46,106 bases of DNA from Eggerthella sp. CAG:368 (GTDB lineage: Bacteria; Actinomycetota; Coriobacteriia; Coriobacteriales; Eggerthellaceae). The DNA lies in contig FR895492.1 in NCBI GenBank assembly GCA_000434775.1, forward strand, positions 129,520-175,625. The letters are read 5' to 3'. Shown in pieces: positions 7,711 to 17,994 of the stretch (position 1 is the stretch's first letter; each line of letters begins with the position of its first letter). Position numbers and translations under genes: made by a program. The notes under the pieces are model-generated. The model saw nothing but the letters and a program-made list of their open reading frames with translations. It did not search any database and had not been told where the DNA came from.

Positions 7711-10554
7711 TTACTCTTGGGCAAAACCAATTTCTTCGAGCGCAGAAGCACAACGATCGCATACATCAGGATAGTGTTCGTTGCCTCCTACGGTTCGGTA
7801 ATTCCAACAACGAGGACATTTATCAGCAGATGAAGCACTGATCTCAATAGAAAGTTCATTCCCTTCTTTGAATGTAACTTCGCTCACGATGAATAGTTCC
7901 TCATAGAAAGAAGCGTCCTTGGTTTGGAAAATATTAAGAAGAGCTTTGGGGGCATTAATGGCAATAACAGCCTCTTGGCTCTTGTTGATTACCTTTTCTG
8001 CACGCATGTTTTCTAACGCCTTTGTAACCTCATCGCGAAGAGTAAGGATTACTTCAAACTGCTCGGTTATTTGAGTTGCGGTATCTGCTGGAATAGCAGG
8101 CATAAAATCGCTCTGCGCAGGCCAACCCGCAAGCTGAACACTAACAGGATGATTTTCCTCTTTGCTTAAACCTTCAGGGTAGTTTTGCCAAACCTCTTCA
8201 GTCGTAAAACTCATAATTGGCGAAAGAACGCGAACAAGAACTTCAAGTACATTCATCAATACCGTCTGAGCACTACGACGAATCTGAGAGTTAGGCGCTT
8301 CAGAGTACAGGCGATCTTTAAGCGCATCCATATAGACAGCAGACAAATCACCAACAATATAGTCATAAATCAAACGATATACATGGTGGAATTTATAAGC
8401 ATCATATGCGGCATTGACTTCTTCAAGTAAACGTGAAAGACGAACTAAAGCCCATTGATCAAGAGGCGTTAAATCATTCCAGTCTCTAATCGCAACTTCT
8501 TCAGAATAGTCATCCAAAACACCAAGAAGGAAACGGAATGTATTGCGTAAACGACGATAGGTTTCACTGGTACGTTTTAGTATTTCATCAGAGATGCTTA
8601 CGTCTTGAGAATAATCAACACTAGCAACCCAAAGGCGCAAAACATCTGCACCATAGGTTTTCATAACATCAGCAGGATCGATGCCGTTACCGAGAGACTT
8701 AGACATCTTACGGCCTTCGCCATCTACCGTAAAGCCACAGTGCATTACCGACTTATACGGAGGAACACCATAAGCTCCCACGGAAGTAAGAAGTGAAGAT
8801 TGGAACCAGCCACGATGCTGATCGGAACCCTCCAAGTACATATCAGCGGGGAAACGAAGACCTTCACTTGCGCGTTCTTTGCAGACGGAAGTATGCGAAA
8901 CGCCACTCTCCCACCAAACGTCAAGAATGTCTTTTTCAGGCTCGATTTCTTTGCATCCACAGGTTGGACAACAGGTGTCTGCTGGCAAATAATCTTTCGG
9001 TTGCTTAATAAACCAAGCATCAGAGCCTTCTTCCCTGAAGAGCTTGATAACTGCGTCAAACGTTTCTTCCGTTGCGATGGTATTGCCGCACTTGGCACAA
9101 CGAAATACTGGAATAGGAACACCCCAAGAACGCTGACGCGAAATGCACCAATCAGGACGCTCGCTTACCATAGAACCGATGCGGTTTTTAGCCCATTCAG
9201 GAATCCACTGCACTATTTCATTAATGGCCTTCATAGCGTTTCTGCGAAGATCGTTTTTATCCATCGAAACAAACCACTGGTCAGTAGCACGGAAAATGAC
9301 AGGCTCATGACAGCGCCAACAATGAGGATAACTATGGTTTATATCAACATGAGCAACCAAAACACCCTGTTCGTCTAACCATGCAATGATGGCGGGATTT
9401 GCATCGTCGACATTTAAGCCGGAGAACTGTCCTGCTTCATCGGTAAGAACTCCATTGTCATCAACGGGCATCAAAATAGGAATATCAAAGTCGAGAGCAA
9501 CCAAATAGTCTTCCTGACCATGACCAGGAGCCGTATGAACAGCACCCGTACCAGAATCAAGCGTTACATGATTGCCGTAAATTACCATGCCCTTCAAATC
9601 CTGACGAATAGGACAAGTGTAAGTTATACCGCAAAGATCTTTTCCTTTAACCGTAATAGCATTACCCTGAGCATCGGAAACGATACGGTATGACTCCCAG
9701 CCAGCAGTTTTAGCAACATCTTCAACAAGCTCATAAGCCATGATGGTATGAAGGTCGTTGACTTCAACCATGACGTAATCAGCATTTGGAGCCAAGCATA
9801 CTGCGGTATTTGCGGGCAAGGTCCAAGGAGTAGTTGTCCAAATAAGAATATAAGATGGATCTTTCACCCCTGCCGTTTCAAAAATAGGAGGCACGGCATC
9901 AAGCTTGAAGTTTACGAAAATTGAGGGTGAAACTTCATCACCGTACTCAATTTCTGCTTCTGCAAGAGCAGTATGGCAAGTTTTACACCAATGAATTGGT
10001 TTACGACCACGATAGACAGAACCATTGAGATACATAGTCTTAAAAATCTCAACATTTCCTGCTTCGTAATCATGGGTAAAAGTGAGATAAGGATGTTCCC
10101 AATCTGCGTTTACACCGAGGCGTTTAAAGCCCTCGCGCTGAATATCGACATATTTTTCAGCCCATTCGCGACACAGACGACGAAGAGTCGGCTGATCAAT
10201 CTTAGCCATTTTCTCAGGACCAAGCTTGACTTCAACCATATGTTCGATTGGCTGGCCATGACAGTCCCAACCAGGAATATAAGGAGTGAAATAGCCCTTT
10301 TGCGCATGAGATTTTATAACAAAATCTTTAAGGATTTTGTTAAAAGAATGTCCCAGATGAATAGGACCATTAGCATACGGAGGGCCATCATGCAAAATAA
10401 AAGGCTCGTTGTCTTTATTTTTCTCAAGCACCTTATGATAAATATCTATATCATTCCAAAAGTCTAGGCGCTTGGGTTCATTTTCAGGCAAGTTTGCACG
10501 CATAGGGAAATCAGTATGCGGCAAATTCATAGATGCTTTGTAGCCTTTAGCCAC
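7711..10554 (-). CDS. ileS: Isoleucine-tRNA ligase
   Basis: HIGH (PYANGPIHLGH) and KMSKS motifs, CP1 editing region, and a C-terminal Zn finger (CPRCWNY...CDRC). GTG 10554 (VAKGYKASMNLPHTDFPMRANL) has GAAAGG 9 nt upstream. The ORF-track start at 10602 adds an unsupported 16 aa. Confidence 0.95.
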   Translation of the reverse strand: MAKGYKASMNLPHTDFPMRANLPENEPKRLDFWNDIDIYHKVLEKNKDNEPFILHDGPPYANGPIHLGHSFNKILKDFVIKSHAQKGYFTPYIPGWDCHGQPIEHMVEVKLGPEKMAKIDQPTLRRLCREWAEKYVDIQREGFKRLGVNADWEHPYLTFTHDYEAGNVEIFKTMYLNGSVYRGRKPIHWCKTCHTALAEAEIEYGDEVSPSIFVNFKLDAVPPIFETAGVKDPSYILIWTTTPWTLPANTAVCLAPNADYVMVEVNDLHTIMAYELVEDVAKTAGWESYRIVSDAQGNAITVKGKDLCGITYTCPIRQDLKGMVIYGNHVTLDSGTGAVHTAPGHGQEDYLVALDFDIPILMPVDDNGVLTDEAGQFSGLNVDDANPAIIAWLDEQGVLVAHVDINHSYPHCWRCHEPVIFRATDQWFVSMDKNDLRRNAMKAINEIVQWIPEWAKNRIGSMVSERPDWCISRQRSWGVPIPVFRCAKCGNTIATEETFDAVIKLFREEGSDAWFIKQPKDYLPADTCCPTCGCKEIEPEKDILDVWWESGVSHTSVCKERASEGLRFPADMYLEGSDQHRGWFQSSLLTSVGAYGVPPYKSVMHCGFTVDGEGRKMSKSLGNGIDPADVMKTYGADVLRLWVASVDYSQDVSISDEILKRTSETYRRLRNTFRFLLGVLDDYSEEVAIRDWNDLTPLDQWALVRLSRLLEEVNAAYDAYKFHHVYRLIYDYIVGDLSAVYMDALKDRLYSEAPNSQIRRSAQTVLMNVLEVLVRVLSPIMSFTTEEVWQNYPEGLSKEENHPVSVQLAGWPAQSDFMPAIPADTATQITEQFEVILTLRDEVTKALENMRAEKVINKSQEAVIAINAPKALLNIFQTKDASFYEELFIVSEVTFKEGNELSIEISASSADKCPRCWNYRTVGGNEHYPDVCDRCASALEEIGFAQE

Positions 10555-10738
10555 GATAACCGACCTTTCTTTTAAATAAATAACCTGAAAGATTATAACC
10601 AAATAAGCAAGTCTTCACAGCAAACCCGTTGACTTAATTACTAAATTAGCCAAAAAGTGCAATAATCTATCTGCCTAATCACATAAAATCATTTATTCTT
10701 ATTCGCGTCACATAAAATGCATACAGAAGGACAGTTCT

Positions 10739-11611
10739 ATGGCGTATGAAATTGTTACCGACTCCTCCTGCAACCTTTCCGAGGAAATGATAAGTGAACT
10801 TGATCTTCACATTCTTCCGCTCACATTTATGGTTGATAACATTCAATATCATAGCTATCTCAAAGATAAACACACTGATCTTAAGCAGTTCTACACCATG
10901 ATGCGAGAAGGAAAGGTTATTACCACTTCTCTCCCTAACCTCGCTGATTCTGAAACTCTTATTACGTCTATTCTCGATAGGGGAAATGACGTTTTATATC
11001 TTGGTTTTTCCAGTGGGCTATCAGGAACCTATGAGGCAATTGAAACGATCTGCCGTAATCTTTCCGAGAAATATCCCCAACGTACGATTACTTGTGTAGA
11101 TACGCTTGCTGCCTCTACAGGTGAAGGACTTCTTGTATATCTCGCCTGTCAAAAAAGAGATGCTGGTTATTCGATAGGCGAACTAACGAACTGGGTTGAA
11201 GAAAACCGGCTTCACATTGCGCACTGGTTCACTGTTGATGATTTAATGTATCTCTACCGCGGTGGTCGTGTATCGAAAACAGCAGCATTCGCTGGAAGCT
11301 TACTTAAAATCAAGCCAGTTCTTCACGTTGATGACGAAGGTCATCTCATACCCATGGGAAAGGCTAAGGGAAGAAAAAAGAGTATTCAGGCTATGGTAAA
11401 ACACATGGAAGAAACTGCTCTTTCTCCCGTAAAAGACCAAGTTATTGCAATTTCACATGGTGATTGCGCTGAAGATATGGAATATCTACGACAACTTATA
11501 GAAGAGAAATTTGGAGTAACGAACTTCATTATCAATTACATCGACCCAGTTATTGGAGCTCATTCGGGTCCAGGAACACTCGCCCTATACTTTCTTGCAA
11601 CACACAGATAG
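10739..11611 (+). CDS. DegV-family fatty-acid-binding protein
   Basis: 290 aa with a typical DegV N-terminus (YEIVTDSSCNLSEEMISELDLHILPL) and an SGLSGTY block. SD GAAGGA lies 7 nt upstream. Confidence 0.9.
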   Translation: MAYEIVTDSSCNLSEEMISELDLHILPLTFMVDNIQYHSYLKDKHTDLKQFYTMMREGKVITTSLPNLADSETLITSILDRGNDVLYLGFSSGLSGTYEAIETICRNLSEKYPQRTITCVDTLAASTGEGLLVYLACQKRDAGYSIGELTNWVEENRLHIAHWFTVDDLMYLYRGGRVSKTAAFAGSLLKIKPVLHVDDEGHLIPMGKAKGRKKSIQAMVKHMEETALSPVKDQVIAISHGDCAEDMEYLRQLIEEKFGVTNFIINYIDPVIGAHSGPGTLALYFLATHR

Positions 11612-11623
11612 GTAAAGACTTTT

Positions 11624-12751
11624 TTAGTTATCTGAAATAATAATTTCACGAAGAGCTGAAATAAGTTTTTCGTTGTCTTCGTGCGTCCTAATAGCAACAA
11701 GAAAATACTTGTTGCCCTCAATTCCAGGAACACCCGCTAAATCACGCACGGTAAAACCAACTTTTTGAAGACGAACAATAAGATCAGCCGCATCTGCAAT
11801 GCCAAATGCCCTCGAAGTTCGTTCCTCTAATGAGCACATAACGAAGTTAGCTTCAGAAGGGAAAACCTTTATGCCTGGAGTTAGGCTTAGCATGCATTGC
11901 ATCCAAGGTATTTCCGTATCAAGCAATTTATTGGTTTCTTCGTTGTAATCCTCCACAAAAGGAAGTTCCTTAGCAACAATTTCATGGAACATGCCAATAG
12001 ACGACCCATCAGCAAACTTGCGAATATGCTTAATGGTTGAAGAGTGACCCACGATGTAGCCAATAGGAATACCGGGCATACCAAGGTCTTCAGAGATACT
12101 TCTAATCACCAACAGATTTTCGTAGCTTTGCGTAAGATCAACGAAAGATTCCCCACCAAGCGTAAGATTAACTTTTGATTCGTCAATAATGACCCAGTTG
12201 CATACTTCCAAGTATCGCTTAAGGGTTGATTCGCTCAACAGGCGCGCACAAGGGTAACTCGGATTTGCCAAAACCGCAGCATCAAATGTAAGTCCCTTTG
12301 AAAATGCAAGTTGCGGATCTATGGCAGAAAGAGAAAAAGGATTTTGTAATTTCAAAGGATTGTGACCCACATTAGCGACGCTTAGGAAATAATCCGCAGG
12401 AGCTGGTGTTGGTACACCAACATTGCAAGGCCGATAAGCCTGCGCAATGGTAGCTATCATGGAAGAAGAACTTGTTCCCGCTAAAAAGCACTCTGCAGGC
12501 ATTTCGTAGTAGCGTGCTAAGGTTCTGCTTAAGTGAGATCCATCTCGATTTGGCAAAAAGGAAAGATCGCCCTCAGCAATAGCGTGACTGATGGCTTCTT
12601 TTACTCTTTTAGGAGTACCTAAAGGATTTGCAGTACAAGAAAAATCAACCCAGTCAATCTCTGCTCGAATGTCATACGGCAGCGTTGAAGACTCCTGCCT
12701 TGAAGCAGAAATACCATTGACTAAATCTGTAAAAGAGTTAAAAGCTTGCAC
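11624..12751 (-). CDS. Class I/II aminotransferase-fold protein (HisC/CobD-like) with degenerate active-site motifs
   Basis: 375 aa with a GTG start and AAGGA 7 nt upstream. It aligns by eye to the HisC/CobD layout (ANPLGTP, ANPSYP, IIDES, VIRSISEDLGMPGIPIGY, SEANFVMC), but the Schiff-base Lys position reads E. Confidence 0.75.
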   Translation of the reverse strand: MQAFNSFTDLVNGISASRQESSTLPYDIRAEIDWVDFSCTANPLGTPKRVKEAISHAIAEGDLSFLPNRDGSHLSRTLARYYEMPAECFLAGTSSSSMIATIAQAYRPCNVGVPTPAPADYFLSVANVGHNPLKLQNPFSLSAIDPQLAFSKGLTFDAAVLANPSYPCARLLSESTLKRYLEVCNWVIIDESKVNLTLGGESFVDLTQSYENLLVIRSISEDLGMPGIPIGYIVGHSSTIKHIRKFADGSSIGMFHEIVAKELPFVEDYNEETNKLLDTEIPWMQCMLSLTPGIKVFPSEANFVMCSLEERTSRAFGIADAADLIVRLQKVGFTVRDLAGVPGIEGNKYFLVAIRTHEDNEKLISALREIIISDN

Positions 12752-12841
12752 AGCGAGTTCCTTTATGAATCCCGAAACCTATTATAAGGTGGGGCATATA
12801 CCCTATCACATATTTTTCTCTCTTTACCTTAAAATACGAGT

Positions 12842-14152
12842 ATGGACAATAAGTTGACAAACAATCACGCGAACGTGCATAACGCGAAAGATAAACCGTT
12901 AAGGAAATGGGTCGGTTCAGCAATTCTCTTGCTTGACTTGGATGCTTTTTTTGCCTCTGTAGAGCAGCTTGATCATCCCGAATGGAAGGGAAAACCCGTA
13001 ATTGTAGGCGGTAGTCCCGAAAAACGAGGTGTGGTTTCAACGGCTTCGTATGAAGCAAGAAAATATGGTGTTCATTCCGCCATGGCATCTCAAACCGCAA
13101 AAAAGCTCTGCCCTAACGCTGTATGGACAAATGGCAACTTTCATCGCTATCGTGAAATGTCAAAACAAGTAATGAAAATTCTGTATAACGAATCACCTCA
13201 CCTTATGCAAGTAAGCATCGATGAGGCTTTTCTCGACATATCCCCTACGCGTATCAATAAAGAACATCCTGTTGTTATCGCGAAACGAATTCAGAAACAA
13301 GTTTCAAAGCTTGGTATAACCTGCTCTATTGGCATAGGGACTTCTAAGGCAATAGCAAAAATAGCTTCAAATATGAACAAGCCGCATGGATTAACGGTGA
13401 TATATCCTGGGGAAGAACGAGCATTTCTTGCTCCCCTTCCTATTAAAGAAATGAGTGGTATAGGCCCTGTTGCTCAAGTTAGTTTAAGAAAATTTGGAAT
13501 TCATACCCTGGGCGATGTTGCACATGCCGACATTGGCATACTCAAGAAAATCTTTGGTAAAAATGCAGAGATGATGCGTCTACGCTGTGTTGGTGTAGAT
13601 ACGCCCATCATCGACTCTCCTGAACCTGCAAAATCTATCTCGAACGAAATATCACTTGCAAAAAGCACAGCAAACCGCATTGATTTGGAAGCCCTCATTG
13701 CCACCTCGGCTCACAAAGTTGGCAGGAGACTCAGGCTTAAAGGGGTAGAAGGCTCGACTCTTCATTTGAAAATTCGCTTTGAAAACTTAACGAGAAAAAC
13801 GTGCCAAAAAAGAATCTCAGATTTGGGTACGAATGAACTAGTTTGGTTGCCTTATTTGTATTCTATGCTTGATGAGATATGGGATGGATATGAACTCGTA
13901 AGACTCATTGGTGTTGGTGTTAGTGATTTTAACGGAAAGCCTGTTCAAGCAAGCTTATTTGAGAACAGTCCTTCATTGAAAAATGAAAGTCCTTTGCTTT
14001 CTAAGGCAAAGAAAAACAAAAAGCTTTTAGAAACAACCGACGCTATTGCAGAAAAATTTGGTGAGGGTCTTGTGCAATTTGGTCATGAAATCAAGATTAA
14101 AGGCGGAACAACAGGTTCATCTTCTAAAAATCCCCATGACTATAAAGATTAA
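12842..14152 (+). CDS. dinB: DNA polymerase IV (Y-family)
   Basis: Contains LLLDLDAFFASVEQLDHPEWKGKPVIVGG, SIDEAFLD and the little-finger region. A QASLF clamp-binding-like motif is followed by a tail of about 65 aa. Confidence 0.92.
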   Translation: MDNKLTNNHANVHNAKDKPLRKWVGSAILLLDLDAFFASVEQLDHPEWKGKPVIVGGSPEKRGVVSTASYEARKYGVHSAMASQTAKKLCPNAVWTNGNFHRYREMSKQVMKILYNESPHLMQVSIDEAFLDISPTRINKEHPVVIAKRIQKQVSKLGITCSIGIGTSKAIAKIASNMNKPHGLTVIYPGEERAFLAPLPIKEMSGIGPVAQVSLRKFGIHTLGDVAHADIGILKKIFGKNAEMMRLRCVGVDTPIIDSPEPAKSISNEISLAKSTANRIDLEALIATSAHKVGRRLRLKGVEGSTLHLKIRFENLTRKTCQKRISDLGTNELVWLPYLYSMLDEIWDGYELVRLIGVGVSDFNGKPVQASLFENSPSLKNESPLLSKAKKNKKLLETTDAIAEKFGEGLVQFGHEIKIKGGTTGSSSKNPHDYKD

Positions 14153-14175
14153 AGACTAACCTAGCGAACAGAGGT

Positions 14176-14213
14176 ATGCCCACTCAGGCAAAAGCAATTG
14201 CCTGAGTGGGCAT
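14176..14213. terminator. Perfect 15-bp hairpin between convergent dinB and the GT2 gene
   Basis: ATGCCCACTCAGGCA (14176-14190) pairs with TGCCTGAGTGGGCAT (14199-14213) around an 8-nt loop. There is no U-tract on either strand. Confidence 0.5.
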
Positions 14214-14228
14214 ATACAACCAATTACA

Positions 14229-15260
14229 TTAGTTAAACTTAAAGATCTTTTGAGCAAGATGATAGGCACTCAAACCAACTTTACGACCGTACTTCGTAGG
14301 TAAATTTGAACCCATATTTAATAGAGTTTTACGAAGATTTTTATACAGCTTTTCGTCACTGTTCTTGAGATAATCCCAAATATCTTGACGCTTTGCATCG
14401 TTTTCCTCGGTCGGTTCCATACGCAAGAAAATAGAGCAAATACACATCATCATAGAAAGATAATTTTTCATGTAATGACGAAGTTTTTTGTTTTCAATAG
14501 CCTCTAAGTCAACCGCATCAATCATAGTTTTCGTTACGCGAATTTGTTGATCAATACGTGAAAGCATCACTTTCTCATTGACAGACTGATCTTCGCGACC
14601 AATAAGATAACGATATGAATCAACGTCAAAATAAATCATGGATTTAACATGCGGTAGCGGAACATACACAAAAATGTTATCAACATAGAAACAATGTTCA
14701 GGCAGCTTAAGTCCAATTTCTCTCAAAAGTCCCGTACGATAAAAAGCCGAATGCATCAGCAAATATTGAGAAGAATGGAAGTGGCCAATATCCGACCAGG
14801 TAAACTCTTTGTCAATCGGAAAAACATTGGTGTAGCGCATAACCGTATGGGTGCCTTCGAACACCTTCTCGTAAACATAATTAGAAATTACCAAATCGGT
14901 TACTGAAGAGCCCTTTTCAGCTTTTTCGCGTTGAGAGCGAAGGTAGTCCATGATGGTTTTCATGGACTGCTCATCAAGCCAGTCGTCGGAATCTACAACC
15001 TTATAATAAAGTCCCGTTGCCGCTTCAAGCCCAGTGTTGACCGCTGAGCCATGCCCACCATTTTTCTTATGGATTGCCTTAACAATTGAAGGGTATTTTT
15101 CAGCGAGAGCATCAGCAATTTCGGCTGTATTATCTTTTGTGGAGCCATCATTTACCAGAATAATTTCAATATCTTCACCACAAGGCAAAAGCGAATCGAC
15201 GCATTTTTCCATGTAATCAGCAGAATTGAAACAAGGAACTGCAAATGAAATAGTTTTCAT
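14229..15260 (-). CDS. Family 2 glycosyltransferase
   Basis: MKTISFAVPCFNSADYMEKCVDSLL...IILVNDGSTKD...VDSDDW is GT2-typical. ATG 15260 is preferred over the ORF-track TTG at 15284 (GAAAGG lies upstream). Confidence 0.85.
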   Translation of the reverse strand: MKTISFAVPCFNSADYMEKCVDSLLPCGEDIEIILVNDGSTKDNTAEIADALAEKYPSIVKAIHKKNGGHGSAVNTGLEAATGLYYKVVDSDDWLDEQSMKTIMDYLRSQREKAEKGSSVTDLVISNYVYEKVFEGTHTVMRYTNVFPIDKEFTWSDIGHFHSSQYLLMHSAFYRTGLLREIGLKLPEHCFYVDNIFVYVPLPHVKSMIYFDVDSYRYLIGREDQSVNEKVMLSRIDQQIRVTKTMIDAVDLEAIENKKLRHYMKNYLSMMMCICSIFLRMEPTEENDAKRQDIWDYLKNSDEKLYKNLRKTLLNMGSNLPTKYGRKVGLSAYHLAQKIFKFN

Positions 15261-15444
15261 AATAGAAGGGCCTTTCAACCTCAAAATATAATTTCAAAGC
15301 CACTGAATGATACCACTCAAAAACCTATAGGCTCATCAAAAGACAGCAGAAGCATACATTCCCGTTTATCTACGAATGGCATCTCTTGCACATTACAAAA
15401 AGTATTTATCAATTTGCAAAGTATAATTGAAAGGGAGTAAGCAC

Positions 15445-16449
15445 ATGAAAGGATTTAACATGAGTTCATTTATAGACTCTCTTATCGCTCGTGCAAAAGA
15501 AGATAAGAAAACAATCGTTCTTCCCGAAGGCAACGACGAACGAATTCTCGAAGCAGCACAGAAGGTACTTCAAGGAAACATCGCAAATATTATCATTATT
15601 GGCAATAAGGAAGAAGTTCTAAGCAAGAGCTATAACCTTGAAGGTGCAACTATCATCGATCCTCTTACTTCAGATAAACGTGAAGAGTTCGCCAATCTCC
15701 TCTATGAACTGCGCAAAAATAAAGGTATGACCGAAGAAGAGGCTCAAGAGCTCTCAAAAGATCCTATCCATTTTGCTGTTTTAATGCTAAAAAGTGGTCT
15801 TTGCGACGGTCTTGTTGGTGGCGCTTGTCACGCAACCGTTAAAATACTCTCCCCTTCCTTACGTATTCTAAAAACTGCCCCAGGTGCTCCTATGGTTAGC
15901 TCTTTGTTCCTTATGGATGTGCCCGATTGTGATTTGGGCGAAAATGGTGTTTTTGTTTTCGCTGACTGCGCATTGGAGGTCCAGCCTACTTCTGAAAAGC
16001 TTGCTCATATTGCAAACCTTACGGCAGATTCCTTTAAGAGGTTGCTTGAGAAAGAACCTCGCATTGCCCTTCTTTCTCACTCCTCCTACGGAAGTGCAAA
16101 AAATGACGATGCTAAAAAAGTTCAAGATGCAATGGCATACATCAAAGAAAACTATCCTGATTTAGTATGCGACGGTGAGCTTCAGCTAGATGCCGCCATT
16201 GTTCCTGAATTGGGTGCTTCTAAAGCTCCAGGATCTCCTGTTGCTGGCCATGCCAACACGCTCATCTTCCCTGACCTCGATGCTGCAAACATTGGCTACA
16301 AACTCGTTCAGCGTCTCGGAAAAGCAAAGGCTTATGGTCCTGTTCTTCAAGGCCTTGCTGCTCCTGTTAATGACCTTTCTCGTGGATGCACTGCTGATGA
16401 TGTCGTTGGCGTTATTGCTATCACGTGTGTACAAGCACAAACCATGTAA
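15445..16449 (+). CDS. pta: Phosphate acetyltransferase
   Basis: Contains FIDSLIARAKEDKKTIVLPEGNDERILEAA and the C-terminal block SRGCTADDVVGVIAIT. ATG 15445 has AAGGGAG 7 nt upstream. The ORF-track start 15427 is a TTG. Confidence 0.92.
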   Translation: MKGFNMSSFIDSLIARAKEDKKTIVLPEGNDERILEAAQKVLQGNIANIIIIGNKEEVLSKSYNLEGATIIDPLTSDKREEFANLLYELRKNKGMTEEEAQELSKDPIHFAVLMLKSGLCDGLVGGACHATVKILSPSLRILKTAPGAPMVSSLFLMDVPDCDLGENGVFVFADCALEVQPTSEKLAHIANLTADSFKRLLEKEPRIALLSHSSYGSAKNDDAKKVQDAMAYIKENYPDLVCDGELQLDAAIVPELGASKAPGSPVAGHANTLIFPDLDAANIGYKLVQRLGKAKAYGPVLQGLAAPVNDLSRGCTADDVVGVIAITCVQAQTM

Positions 16450-16471
16450 TGTAAGCATCAGTAACCGCACG

Positions 16472-16504
16472 AAAAAAAGGAGGCAAATGTGCCTCCTTTT
16501 TTTA
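16472..16504 (+). terminator. Intrinsic terminator after pta (could act bidirectionally)
   Basis: GGAGGCA (16479-16485) pairs with TGCCTCC (16490-16496). It is preceded by an A-run and followed by TTTTTTTT. Confidence 0.75.
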
Positions 16505-16654
16505 TTATTCGCATAGCCTTACTGGAGCGTAGTTACATATAACATTCTCAACCTAAAAAGCAATCCGCAAAGATAAGATCTTCAAGATAAAGCTTCGCAT
16601 CACTTACCATAAAAACGCAAATTAAACTCTCTATTGTTGATATAAGGAAAATGG

Positions 16655-17890
16655 TTACAAAACAGAACGAACAGGACCCACTGGAACAATCTGAGAATTC
16701 GCCTTGATAATGTCATAAGTGTCGCGTGCAATCATATATTCCTCATCGGTTGGAATAACAATGATAGGAACACGAGACTTTTCATGAGAAATGATACGTT
16801 CAAAGCCACGTTGCTTATTTTTTTCTTGATCAAGAATAATACCCATAGGCTGCCAGCCAGAAAAAATCATGCGGCGCATTTTTTGACAATTTTCACCCAC
16901 ACCTGCCGAAAGAACAATGGCATCAGTACCTGCCATAAGCGCAAGATATTGACCGATATATTTCTTTACAATGCTTGAGTACATTTCATAGGCAAGAATA
17001 GCACGCTCATTCCCTGCATTAGAAGCATCACGAACGCTGCGTAAATCGTTGCTTACCCCCGAAACACCCAACAAACCAGATCGTTTATTAAGAATATCGT
17101 TAACATCTTCAGTGGTAAGACCCTCATGCTCCATCAAAAAAGGGACAATGGCTGGGTCAATAGAACCCGAGCGCGTACCCATCATCAAACCATCTAAAGG
17201 AGTGAAACCCATAGATGTATCAATAGGTTCACCGTGGTCAATAGCAGAAATTGAACAACCATTTCCCAAATGGCACGTAATAAGACGGAGGTCAGTCAAG
17301 GGTTCATCAAGAATAGCCGCGGCACGCTCAGAAAGATAACGATGCGAAGTTCCATGGAACCCATATTTTCTAATTCCGTACTTTTCGTAGTATTCATAAG
17401 GAATAGGATACATATATGCCTTTGGGGGAAGGCTTTGGAAAAATGCGGTATCAAACACTGCAACCATAGGTGTATCCGGCATAAGTTCACGACAAGCGTA
17501 AATACCACTCAAAGCTGCCTTATTGTGAAGAGGAGCCAACTCCGCAAGCTCATCAATCTTGGCGATAACCTCATCGGTAATCATCTCTGATTTTTTGAAG
17601 TATTCGCCACCGTGAACAATACGATGTCCAATAGCACTGATTTCAGATAAGGAAGAAAGTACGGCATCTGACCCTTCGGTAAGACATTCAAGAACCACAC
17701 GCATAGCGGCAACATGATCAACCAACGGCTGCTCATGCACTACTTCATTATCGTCAATACCGTGTTTATGGAAGGAATCTTTGCTGCCAACGCGTTCGCA
17801 TAAACCACGAGCACGTACTTTGTTGGTATTCACATCAACAAGCTGGTACTTAAGCGATGACGAACCGGCATTGATAACAAGTATGTTCAA
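16655..17890 (-). CDS. ackA: Acetate kinase
   Basis: (M)NILVINAGSSSLKYQLVD, HRIVHGG and GFHGTSH motifs. The TTG start at 17890 has AGGAGGG 6 nt upstream. Confidence 0.95.
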   Translation of the reverse strand: MNILVINAGSSSLKYQLVDVNTNKVRARGLCERVGSKDSFHKHGIDDNEVVHEQPLVDHVAAMRVVLECLTEGSDAVLSSLSEISAIGHRIVHGGEYFKKSEMITDEVIAKIDELAELAPLHNKAALSGIYACRELMPDTPMVAVFDTAFFQSLPPKAYMYPIPYEYYEKYGIRKYGFHGTSHRYLSERAAAILDEPLTDLRLITCHLGNGCSISAIDHGEPIDTSMGFTPLDGLMMGTRSGSIDPAIVPFLMEHEGLTTEDVNDILNKRSGLLGVSGVSNDLRSVRDASNAGNERAILAYEMYSSIVKKYIGQYLALMAGTDAIVLSAGVGENCQKMRRMIFSGWQPMGIILDQEKNKQRGFERIISHEKSRVPIIVIPTDEEYMIARDTYDIIKANSQIVPVGPVRSVL

Positions 17891-17994
17891 TTGATTCCCT
17901 CCTCTAGAAGAACAATGACTTACATTTTACAAACTCTAAAAACAAGAACTACTTCTACTAGCGCATTTTCGGTAACTGGTGAAGGCATCAACAC

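Noticed and set aside
8800-9378. Long antisense ORFs inside large genes (8800..9378 and 9973..10467 in ileS; 2614..3006 in the NuoL-like gene; 37623..38024 in the antiporter; 34154..34564 in rapZ; the +2-frame 22121..22564 inside the lipid kinase)
   Set aside because: These are shadow ORFs opposite or out of frame with strongly supported genes. They have no SD and an odd composition.
10555-10738. Possible T-box leader upstream of ileS
   Set aside because: The 184-bp divergent gap contains no T-box core (…GGUGGUACCGCG-like) or specifier/antiterminator architecture. Only promoter-like hexamers are present.
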